DNA of 64,000 bases from the NCBI GenBank assembly GCA_043779265.1, contig JAYWEM010000001.1:1-64000 (forward strand), written 5' to 3'. A program made the translations under genes and the position numbers. This DNA comes from a bacterium. GTDB lineage: Bacteria > Eisenbacteria > RBG-16-71-46. Shown here in pieces: positions 56,807 through 64,000 of this stretch; position 1 is the first letter of the stretch; the number at the start of each line of letters is the position of its first letter. The notes below the pieces were generated by a model that worked only from the letters and a program-made list of their open reading frames with translations, ran no database searches and was not told the DNA's origin.

Positions 56807-56858
56807 TCCTCGGACATGCCGGATCGTCTCCTCTGCCGCGCTCGGTCTTCCGCCGGGC

Positions 56859-56888
56859 GCGGCAGAGTCTTCCGGAAGGACCTGCCGC
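56859..56888. promoter_or_regulatory. Palindrome, candidate enhancer-binding-protein site
   Basis: GCGGCAGAGTCTTCC/GGAAGGACCTGCCGC about 130-160 bp upstream of the sigma54 -24 element. Confidence 0.4.
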
Positions 56889-57017
56889 TCGTGAGCCGTT
56901 GCGGCACCGAGGCGAGGCTGTCGATCCGCTGAGGCGGTGAACCGCGGATCCCCCAACCGCCGCACTCGCGCGCATTTCGCAGCTTGCTCGGCACTCGCGC
57001 GAAACTCCGCGGGGATA

Positions 57018-57033
57018 CGGCATCGGCCTTGCA
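57018..57033 (+). promoter_or_regulatory. sigma54 -24/-12 promoter of flgB operon
   Basis: CGGCATCGGCCTTGCA, GG-N10-GC spacing. Confidence 0.75.
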
Positions 57034-57066
57034 GAGGCCCCTCCGGCCATCTTCGAGGGGGGAGCC

Positions 57067-57366
57067 ATGATCAAGGGTCTGTTCGGAGCGGGAAGTCTGA
57101 GTTCGATGCTGCGGGGAGGTCTCGAGGAGACCACTGCGACGCATCGCACGATCGCCGCCAGGGTCTCGGGCGCGCTGGCGTCCAGCACCAGCACCGATTT
57201 CGCGTCGGCACTCGATGCCCAGACGTCGCAACAGCGCTTGAGCGAAGTCGACCTCGAGCGCGAGATGGTGGCGCTCGCCGATACGCAGCTCCGATTCGAA
57301 GCCGATGCCAAGCTGCTCACCGAGGCCTACTCGCGCCTCCGCACGGCGATCCGCGACCGTGGCTGA
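57067..57366 (+). CDS. flgB: Flagellar basal-body rod protein FlgB (short, divergent)
   Basis: VDLEREMVALA..QLRFEA..KLL; first gene before flgC. Confidence 0.8.
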   Translation: MIKGLFGAGSLSSMLRGGLEETTATHRTIAARVSGALASSTSTDFASALDAQTSQQRLSEVDLEREMVALADTQLRFEADAKLLTEAYSRLRTAIRDRG

Positions 57367-57781
57367 GCCGATCGGACGATTCACCCAGTGGCCGCGGCCG
57401 GTGCGGCAGTTGATGCGCCCGCTCGGCATGTCGGCCGACGGTATGGCCGTCCAGCAACGATTCCTCGAGGTCATCTCACGCAACCTCGCCAACGCCGAGG
57501 TGACGCGCACCGCCGAGGGCGGGCCGTTCAAGCGCCAGGTGGCGTCGCTCCAGGGGGGCGGCGAGGGCGCACGGCTCGAGGTCAGCCAGGATCCGCGGCC
57601 GGGCCGCATGCAGTACGACCCGAGTCATCCGGACGCGAACACCGATGGGTTCGTCGAGTACCCGAACGTCGACGTCAATCGCGAACTCGTGGACCTCATG
57701 CTCGCCCGTCGCGTGCACGAGGCGAACGTGAGCGTCTTCCAGGCCGCGAAGAGCATGCTCCGCCGCGCACTCGAGATCTGA
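57359..57781 (+). CDS. flgC: Flagellar basal-body rod protein FlgC
   Basis: ISRNLANAEVTRT..GGP, YDPSHPDA...GFVEYPNV, EANV; GTG start inferred. Confidence 0.92.
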   Translation: MAEPIGRFTQWPRPVRQLMRPLGMSADGMAVQQRFLEVISRNLANAEVTRTAEGGPFKRQVASLQGGGEGARLEVSQDPRPGRMQYDPSHPDANTDGFVEYPNVDVNRELVDLMLARRVHEANVSVFQAAKSMLRRALEI

Positions 57782-57791
57782 GGGAGAACGC

Positions 57792-58052
57792 ATGAGCATC
57801 CAAGGTCCGTCAGCCGCACCGAGTCGATTCCCGGAACTCCGTCCCGGCCGCCCGGGGCCTCCCGCGCAGGCTGCGGATCCCGCTCCGTCCGCCGCGAAGG
57901 CGCGCGAGGCTTCTCTATGGGAGACGCTGACCGACGACGAGCGCGCGTTCTTCGACCAGCAGGCCGCGCTCGGACCGCTCACGTACGGCAAGCAGCGTGC
58001 GGCCTCTGCTCCCGCGGCGCCGACCGGCCAGCGGCTCGATGTGAGGGCTTGA
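57792..58052 (+). CDS. Small hypothetical protein within flagellar operon
   Basis: GGGAG RBS; fills the flgC-fliE gap; LWETLTDDERAFF...GPLTYG...GQRLDVRA. Confidence 0.7.
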   Translation: MSIQGPSAAPSRFPELRPGRPGPPAQAADPAPSAAKAREASLWETLTDDERAFFDQQAALGPLTYGKQRAASAPAAPTGQRLDVRA

Positions 58053-58055
58053 GCG

Positions 58056-58358
58056 ATGTCCGATCTGCGGATCGAGAGCGCACTGCGCGGGGCCTTCGAG
58101 CGGCCCGAGGTGGGCGGGGCGCCCGAGGCGGCCCCGAGCGGCTCGTCGTTCGCGGACCTGTTCTCACGCGCGGTCAATGACACCAGCGGCATGCAGGAGA
58201 ACGCACAGGACATGATCGCCGCCTTTCTGCGCGGCGAGCCGGTCGAGCTGCACCAGGTCATGGCAGCGAGCGAGGAAGCCGCGATCTCGCTCGAGCTGCT
58301 CGTGGAGATCCGCAACAAGCTCACGGATGCGTATCGCACCGTGATGAACCTCAGCTAG
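58056..58358 (+). CDS. fliE: Flagellar hook-basal body protein FliE
   Basis: SFADL, LHQVM...EEA..SL.LLVEIRNKL.DAY. Confidence 0.93.
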   Translation: MSDLRIESALRGAFERPEVGGAPEAAPSGSSFADLFSRAVNDTSGMQENAQDMIAAFLRGEPVELHQVMAASEEAAISLELLVEIRNKLTDAYRTVMNLS

Positions 58359-58364
58359 GAGCCC

Positions 58365-59852
58365 ATGGCCGACTCCCCGCAGCCCCTCACCGAGATGTTC
58401 CGTGGCATGGATGCCACTCGCCGATTCGCCTTGGCGGGGGCACTGGTCGCCCTCGTGGTCGGGGTCGGCCTGGTCGGACGGTGGGCTTCCACGCCGACGT
58501 ACGTGACGCTGTTCTCCGACCTCGAACTCAAAGAGTCCGGCGAGATCGCGGATCGGCTCGCCAAGGCGAACATCCCCAACCGCCTCGAGGGCGGCGGGAC
58601 GCTCATCCAGGTGCCGTCTGCGGATGCCGCACGAGCACGTGTCGCGCTCGCCAAGGATGGACTGCCTTCATCGGGTCGCCCCGGCCTCGAACTGTTCGAC
58701 AAGCCCTCGTGGGGCATGACCGATTTCACGCAGCGCGTCACGTACCAGCGCGCGCTCGAAGGCGAACTCGCTCGGACGATCGGGCAGATCAAGGGTATCG
58801 AGCGCGCCGAGGTCCACCTGCTGATGCCCAACACCGACGGGCTCCGGCGCCGCAATCGCGATGCCGCGGCATCGGTCGTCCTGACGCTGCGTGGCGGTAC
58901 GCCGCCGCAGGGCGAGACGGTGCAGGGCATCGCGTACATCGTGGCCAACAGTGTCGAGGGTCTGGCGGCGGACAACGTGGCGATCATGGATGACGCTGGC
59001 CGCGTGCTGTCGCTGCCGGCGCAGGGACTGGGCGGCGTCGGTCTGACCGGACGCCAGCAGGAGGTCTCGCGCGGGCTGGAGCAGCGCACGATCGAGAAGA
59101 TCGAATCGCTGGTGGGGACGGTCGTCGGAGTCGGCCGCGTGCGTGCGCAGGTCTCGGCCATGGTCAGTTTCGATCAGGTCGATGCGACCATCGAGACGTT
59201 CGACCCGGATCGCCAGGTGCTGCAGAACGAGCAGCGCAGCGAGGGTGGGTCGTCGGATGGCACTGGGCAGCAGACCATCATCGCGAACCAGTATCAGAAC
59301 TCGCGCCGTCTCGAGAAGAGCACCAGCCTTGCTGGTCGCCTGACCAAGCTGACGGTCGCGGTGCTCGTCGACGAGCGCGCCATGCGGCCGGGCGAGAAGG
59401 AGCGTCAGCTCGGCGACATCGCCGTCATGGTGCGCAACGCCGTGGGTGTCGATTCGACGCGCGGTGATCGCCTCGACGTGCTGGCCCTGCCGTTCGAGCC
59501 GGTGCAGAGCGCGGATTCGACCGCCCTGGCCAAGCCCGGAGTCGATCCGCTCGCGATGGTCGAGCGCGTGAGTCACCCGTTGATCGGCGTGATCGCGATC
59601 CTCGTCATGGTGTTCCTCGCCTTCCAGCTGCGATCGGTCCTGATGCCGCCGCGGCCGCGAGCGCTCGCCGCCGCCCGCGCCGGTGGGGGAGTGGAGGTGC
59701 TCTCGGCAGCGGGTCCGTCCGAGCCCGAGTTGTCGCCGGAGGCGCAGGAGATCCACCGCCTGAAGAGCAAGCTCCAGCAGGATTCGACGGACCGTCCTGA
59801 TGTGACGGCCCAGGTCGTCAAGGCGTGGTTGACCGAGAGCCGCGGATCATGA
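58365..59852 (+). CDS. fliF: Flagellar M-ring protein FliF
   Basis: GLELFD...GMTDF.Q.V.YQRALEGELARTI, ASV.L, RGD; two TM helices. Confidence 0.93.
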   Translation: MADSPQPLTEMFRGMDATRRFALAGALVALVVGVGLVGRWASTPTYVTLFSDLELKESGEIADRLAKANIPNRLEGGGTLIQVPSADAARARVALAKDGLPSSGRPGLELFDKPSWGMTDFTQRVTYQRALEGELARTIGQIKGIERAEVHLLMPNTDGLRRRNRDAAASVVLTLRGGTPPQGETVQGIAYIVANSVEGLAADNVAIMDDAGRVLSLPAQGLGGVGLTGRQQEVSRGLEQRTIEKIESLVGTVVGVGRVRAQVSAMVSFDQVDATIETFDPDRQVLQNEQRSEGGSSDGTGQQTIIANQYQNSRRLEKSTSLAGRLTKLTVAVLVDERAMRPGEKERQLGDIAVMVRNAVGVDSTRGDRLDVLALPFEPVQSADSTALAKPGVDPLAMVERVSHPLIGVIAILVMVFLAFQLRSVLMPPRPRALAAARAGGGVEVLSAAGPSEPELSPEAQEIHRLKSKLQQDSTDRPDVTAQVVKAWLTESRGS

Positions 59853-60889
59853 AGCCGGCGACGGGACGTCAGCGCCTCGCCGAGGACACGCCGCTCTCCG
59901 GAGCACAGAAGAGCGCGGTGCTCTGCATGGCGCTCGGACCGGATCGGTCCGCCCGCATCCTGCAGATGCTCACCTCGCGTGAAGTCGAGGTCGTCTCACG
60001 CGAGATCGCCGCCATGCCGATCGTCGCTGCCGATCGACTGACCGGGGTCATCACCGAGTTCCAGCAGGTGTCGAGGGCAGTCGAGTCAGTGGCCCGAGGC
60101 GGCATCGACTATGCGCAGCAGATCCTCGAGCAGGCGCTCGGGCCCCAGAAGGCGCAGGTCGTGTTCGAGCGCATCCAGGAGCAGCTCATCGACACCGGTC
60201 TCAAGCGGCTCCGCAACGCCGAGCCCGATGTGCTCGCCGGCATCCTGCGAGGCGAGCATCCCCAGACCATCGCCCTGATCCTCGCGCATCTCGAGGTGCG
60301 TCTCGCCTCGGGTGTGGTCCAGCACATGGACAGCGAGCTGGCGGCCGAAGTGCTCTACCGCGTGGCTCGGATGGACAAGATCGCGCCGGAGATGCTGATG
60401 CTGGTCGAGGCCGGACTGTCCAGCAAGACCGACCTGTCGCTGTCCGAGGAGATGACGCTCTCCGGCGGACCTGAAACGGTGGCCAAGATGCTCAACCTGA
60501 CCGGCGGAACGCTCGAGAAGCAGTTGCTCGAGACGATCGGCACGCGGAGCCAGGAAATCGCCGGTCAGATCAAGGCGCTGATGTTCGTCTTCGAGGATCT
60601 GTTGCTCGTCGATGGCCGTGGGATCCAGCGGGTGCTGCGCGACGTGGATACCAAGGACCTCGCTCTGGCTCTGAAGGCGGCGAGCGCCGAACTGAAGCAG
60701 CACATCATGAGCAACATGTCCGAACGTGCCGGTCAGGCGCTCACCGAGGAGATCGAGATGATGGGCCCGGTGCGAGTCAAGGACGTCGAGGAGGCGCATG
60801 CCCGCATCGTCGAGGCGGTGCGCGCCCTGGCGGACTCCGGCGAGATCATGATCAGCGGTCGTGGAGGGGCGGATGACATCATCGCCTGA
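59849..60889 (+). CDS. fliG: Flagellar motor switch protein FliG
   Basis: LSGAQKSAVL, GGIDYA, EHPQTIALILAHL, MFVFEDL, NMSERA, GPVRVKDVEEA. Confidence 0.95.
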   Translation: MKPATGRQRLAEDTPLSGAQKSAVLCMALGPDRSARILQMLTSREVEVVSREIAAMPIVAADRLTGVITEFQQVSRAVESVARGGIDYAQQILEQALGPQKAQVVFERIQEQLIDTGLKRLRNAEPDVLAGILRGEHPQTIALILAHLEVRLASGVVQHMDSELAAEVLYRVARMDKIAPEMLMLVEAGLSSKTDLSLSEEMTLSGGPETVAKMLNLTGGTLEKQLLETIGTRSQEIAGQIKALMFVFEDLLLVDGRGIQRVLRDVDTKDLALALKAASAELKQHIMSNMSERAGQALTEEIEMMGPVRVKDVEEAHARIVEAVRALADSGEIMISGRGGADDIIA

Positions 60890-61523
60890 GCGCTCGAACT
60901 GGCAGCCCTTCGCGCTCGCGATCGCCGAGCACGACGGGGGCATGAGGCTGGTGACGGCCACTCCTGCGTCCGCGAATCCGATTCCCGACTGGCCTCCCGC
61001 GCTGAGGGCGCCGAGCGAGGAGATCGCGGCGCAGGCGCACGATCACTCCTTCCGATCGGGATACGAGTCCGCGCTCGATGAGGAGCGCGGACGACTCGAG
61101 GGCGAGGCGCGCGTCGCCCTCGGGGTCGTCGCCCGCGTTGCCGAGCAGTTGGTGACGCTGCAGACGGACTTCGCTCGCGACCGTGAACGCGACCTGCACA
61201 CCCTGGCGGTCGCGATCGCCCGGCAGGTGGTGCAGCACGAACTGACGATCTCGCCCGAGCGACTGACATCGCTGATCCAGGCGGCGATCGAGTTGTTGCC
61301 GCATGACCCGCGCATCGAAGTGCACCTGCACCCGAGCGATCTCGCCGCTCTCGGCGACGCACTGGCGGGCCTCGTTCCCTCGGGTCGCGGACTCGATCTG
61401 GTGTGGACGCCCGACTCCACGATGGAGCGAGGCGGGTTCCTGCTCGAGACGCCACAGCGGATCATCGATGGCCGCGCCGACGTCGCCTTGCGTGAACTCT
61501 GGGAGCGACTGGGCCATGACTGA
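60873..61523 (+). CDS. fliH: Flagellar assembly protein FliH
   Basis: LA.AIARQVV..EL, VHLHPSDL, ERGGFLLET....IDG; between fliG and fliI. Confidence 0.85.
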   Translation: MTSSPERSNWQPFALAIAEHDGGMRLVTATPASANPIPDWPPALRAPSEEIAAQAHDHSFRSGYESALDEERGRLEGEARVALGVVARVAEQLVTLQTDFARDRERDLHTLAVAIARQVVQHELTISPERLTSLIQAAIELLPHDPRIEVHLHPSDLAALGDALAGLVPSGRGLDLVWTPDSTMERGGFLLETPQRIIDGRADVALRELWERLGHD

Positions 61524-62862
61524 CACGATCCACGGGATGAGTGCCGCGCTCGAGCGCATCGCCGGCGAGCCTCGGTTCCGCGTGTTCGGTCGCGTGACGC
61601 GCGTGATCGGCCAGGTCGTCGAGACCAGCTCGCTCCCGGTCGCCGTTGGCGACGTGTGTCGGATCGCGCCCGATGCGGAGCGCGGCATCCTCGCGCAGGT
61701 CGCCGGCTTCCATGATCGCGGCGTCATGCTCATGCCGCTGGGTGAACTCGAGGGCGTGCAGCCAGGGGCCACGGTGATCCCGCTCGGCCGGGCGTTCCAT
61801 GCTCGCGCCAGCGAGTCGCTTATCGGGCGTGTCCTCGACGGACTCGGCCGTCCCATGGACGGCGGCCGGCCGCTGGGACCGTCCCGCGACATCCCACTCT
61901 CGGCCGAGCCTCCGAATCCTCTCGAGCGTCCGCGCATCCGCGAACCGCTCACCACCGGCGTGCGCGCGATCGACGGGCTGCTCACACTCGGCCGCGGCCA
62001 GCGCGTCGGCATCCTGGCGGGCTCGGGCGTGGGCAAGAGCGTGCTGCTGGGCATGATCGCGCGCCACACGAATGCCGACATCAACGTCATCGCACTGCTC
62101 GGGGAGCGAGGTCGTGAGGTCCGCGAGTTCATCGAGCGAGACCTGGGTCCCGAGGGCCTGGCGCGCTCGGTCGTGATCGTCGCCACCAGCGATCAGTCGG
62201 CGGTGGTCCGCGCGACGGGCGCCCTGGTCGCGACCGCGATCGCCGAGTACTTCCGGGACACCGGTCGCGATGTGCTGCTGATGATGGACTCCGTCACCCG
62301 CGTCGCGATGGCGTGGCGCGAGATGGGGCTGGCCGTCGGAGAACCGCCCACCACCAAAGGCTACCCGCCTTCGGCGTTCGCGCAGTTGCCTCGGCTTCTC
62401 GAGCGAGCGGGCACGTCGTCGAAGGGGAGCATCACCGGGCTGTACACGGTGTTGGTCGAGGGCGACGACTTCAACGAGCCGATCGCCGATGCGGCCCGCT
62501 CGATCCTCGACGGCCACATCGTGCTCAGTCGCCGTCTGGCGAGTGCCAAGCACTTTCCCGCGATCGACGTGCTCGAGAGCGTGAGCCGCGTTCGCGACGA
62601 AGTAACGCCGCCCGAGGCGCTGGAGGCAGCCGACTCGTTCCTCAAGCTCGAGTCCGCCTATCGGTCGCATGAGGACCTGATCGCTGTTGGAGCCTACAAG
62701 GGCGGTGCGGACCCGCAGGTGGACGCCGCCATCGCATCGCGCGCGCGGATGCTGACTTTCCTCCGCCAGTCCCCGGTGGATGCCACGAAGCTGAGCGAGA
62801 CGCGGAGCCGCCTGACCGAGTTGCGCGCCCTCGCCGAACGCCCGCGCATGGAGGTGTCATGA
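61516..62862 (+). CDS. fliI: Flagellum-specific export ATPase FliI
   Basis: GQRVGILAGSGVGKS, GERGREV, LMMDSVTR, GEPPTTKGYPPS, ILDGHIVL. Confidence 0.95.
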   Translation: MTDTIHGMSAALERIAGEPRFRVFGRVTRVIGQVVETSSLPVAVGDVCRIAPDAERGILAQVAGFHDRGVMLMPLGELEGVQPGATVIPLGRAFHARASESLIGRVLDGLGRPMDGGRPLGPSRDIPLSAEPPNPLERPRIREPLTTGVRAIDGLLTLGRGQRVGILAGSGVGKSVLLGMIARHTNADINVIALLGERGREVREFIERDLGPEGLARSVVIVATSDQSAVVRATGALVATAIAEYFRDTGRDVLLMMDSVTRVAMAWREMGLAVGEPPTTKGYPPSAFAQLPRLLERAGTSSKGSITGLYTVLVEGDDFNEPIADAARSILDGHIVLSRRLASAKHFPAIDVLESVSRVRDEVTPPEALEAADSFLKLESAYRSHEDLIAVGAYKGGADPQVDAAIASRARMLTFLRQSPVDATKLSETRSRLTELRALAERPRMEVS

Positions 62863-63311
62863 AGCGATTCCAGTTCCGGCTCGACCGCCTGCTCTGGCTG
62901 AGGGAGAAGGCCGAGCAGCAGGAAGCGGCGGCTCTGGGCACGGCGATGAGCGACGAGCGTCGAGAGCGGGATCGGCTCGCGCGTGCAGACGCGATGGAGA
63001 CGAAAGCGGCCGAGCAGGCGGCGGCGACCAGTTCCTCGGGAACGGTCATCGCGGGGGCGCGCGCGCATCTCGATCTGGCGCGCGAAGCGGCGGCGCGGAT
63101 GGCGGAGGGCGCGAGCGAGGACGTGGCTGCCGCTACGGCTCGCACCGAGGCGGCGCGTGAGTTGTTCGGAGAGAAGCGCAAGGACCGGCGCGCAGTCGAG
63201 CGCCTGAAGGAACAGCGTCAAACGGCGTGGCACGAGGAGTTCGGCCGCGAGGACCGCAAGACCATGGACGACGTGGCCCAGAGGCTGCGCACGACGGAAG
63301 GGAACCGATGA
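62859..63311 (+). CDS. fliJ: Flagellar export protein FliJ
   Basis: MKRFQFRLDRLL.LRE; coiled-coil; E.K.MDD C-terminus; follows fliI. Confidence 0.85.
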   Translation: MKRFQFRLDRLLWLREKAEQQEAAALGTAMSDERRERDRLARADAMETKAAEQAAATSSSGTVIAGARAHLDLAREAAARMAEGASEDVAAATARTEAARELFGEKRKDRRAVERLKEQRQTAWHEEFGREDRKTMDDVAQRLRTTEGNR

Positions 63312-63946
63312 AACTCGTGATCTTCGGCGCGGTCGCTCTGGTGGTGGGACTGGCGGGCGGCACGGGGGCGCGTGTGTTCACGTCGCCCGCACTGCCTGCT
63401 GGCGCGGACTCGCTCATCGCAGTGGCGGACTCGCTCTACAAGTGGAAGGCGGCGAACGGCGGAGCGGGGCACGACGCCCATGGAGCCACCGCGAATGCCG
63501 ACGCTCACGCCGACGCTCACGCCGATGCTCATGCCGTCGGGCACGGCGGTGAGGCGCACGGCGCCGTGCCGGCGGCGATCGCGCAAGGCGCAGGGGATCC
63601 GCATGCCGTCGCAGCGGCCGCCGCAGCGCACGGTTCGGACTCGCGCCCGGACACCGTGGCCGCAGCCGTCAAGCCGCCCGCTCCCGTCCATGAACAGCCG
63701 GCTCCACCCAAGGTGGCCGAGGGTCCTGGACCCGAACGCTACAAGCGGGTGGGCAGCATCCTGCTCAGCATGAAGCCCGCCGAGGCGGCCGAGGTCATCA
63801 CCTATCTCGACAACCAGCAGGTCCAGGGACTGCTTGAGGCCATGGGGCCGAGGCAGGCTGCCCAGATCCTGTCGCAGCTTCCGGCCGAGCGAGCCGCCGC
63901 TCTCTCCAAGCGGCTACTCGCATCGCCTCATCCGGAGCCGCGGTGA
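63308..63946 (+). CDS. MotE/FlbB-like flagellar membrane-anchored protein with His/Ala-rich linker
   Basis: N-terminal TM helix; SMKPAEAA.V...L...M.PRQAA.ILSQL..ERAA helical repeats; follows fliJ. Confidence 0.7.
   Translation: MKLVIFGAVALVVGLAGGTGARVFTSPALPAGADSLIAVADSLYKWKAANGGAGHDAHGATANADAHADAHADAHAVGHGGEAHGAVPAAIAQGAGDPHAVAAAAAAHGSDSRPDTVAAAVKPPAPVHEQPAPPKVAEGPGPERYKRVGSILLSMKPAEAAEVITYLDNQQVQGLLEAMGPRQAAQILSQLPAERAAALSKRLLASPHPEPR
63497..63532 (+). repeat. 12-bp tandem repeat x3 encoding ADAH
   Basis: GCCGACGCTCAC-GCCGACGCTCAC-GCCGATGCTCAT. Confidence 0.85.
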
Positions 63947-64000
63947 GCAGCGCACTGCCTCCCATCGTGCCGGCCGAGCCGCCGGCGCATCGCGCCGCCG
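63943..64000 (+). CDS. Start of next gene (possibly fliK by gene order), truncated
   Basis: GTGA overlap with previous stop, open Pro/Ala-rich frame to the window edge; identity inferred from synteny only. Confidence 0.3.
   Translation, partial: MSSALPPIVPAEPPAHRAA

Noticed and set aside
56859..63946. fliF/fliI region as a non-flagellar type III injectisome
   Set aside because: flgB, flgC, fliE, fliG, flgL and flagellins show that it is a flagellar system

Overview
High-GC bacterial chromosomal window with no integrase, transposase or CRISPR array seen. Gene style (several secreted proteins with a C-terminal FlgD-Ig/T9SS-like domain, Gemmatimonadota-like basal-body genes) suggests an FCB-group organism such as Ca. 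Eisenbacteria; this is inference only. Contents in order: polysaccharide/glycogen cluster (1-13.4 kb: nucleotide-sugar dehydrogenase, five glycosyltransferases, manC, GlmU-like, galT, glgA); lysC; tRNA-Gly(GCC); folE operon; NfeD/SPFH; a STAS + RsbW-like + REC-PP2C partner-switch set split by two large secreted proteins; DUF4301; glgX; a secreted GH13; msrB; two divergent HD-GYP genes; an FHA / HEAT-Ser/Thr kinase / PilT / PilT operon; a PIG-L / small protein / Na+:solute symporter module; a PA-domain metallopeptidase; and the start of a flagellar cluster (cheY-like, flgM, flaF, flbT, two flagellins, flgL, sigma54 activator, flgBC, fliEFGHIJ). Three signals stand out. (1) Nine sigma28-like promoter motifs (TCAAG-N14/15-(G/T/A)CCGA) sit upstream of flagellar late genes and also the partner-switch genes, both HD-GYP genes and the FHA-kinase-PilT-PilT operon. 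(2) Many of these regulators end in Ala-Ala, a possible ClpXP degron. (3) The flagellar locus is a hybrid of alphaproteobacterial-type flagellins with FlaF/FlbT and FlgM/sigma28 control.
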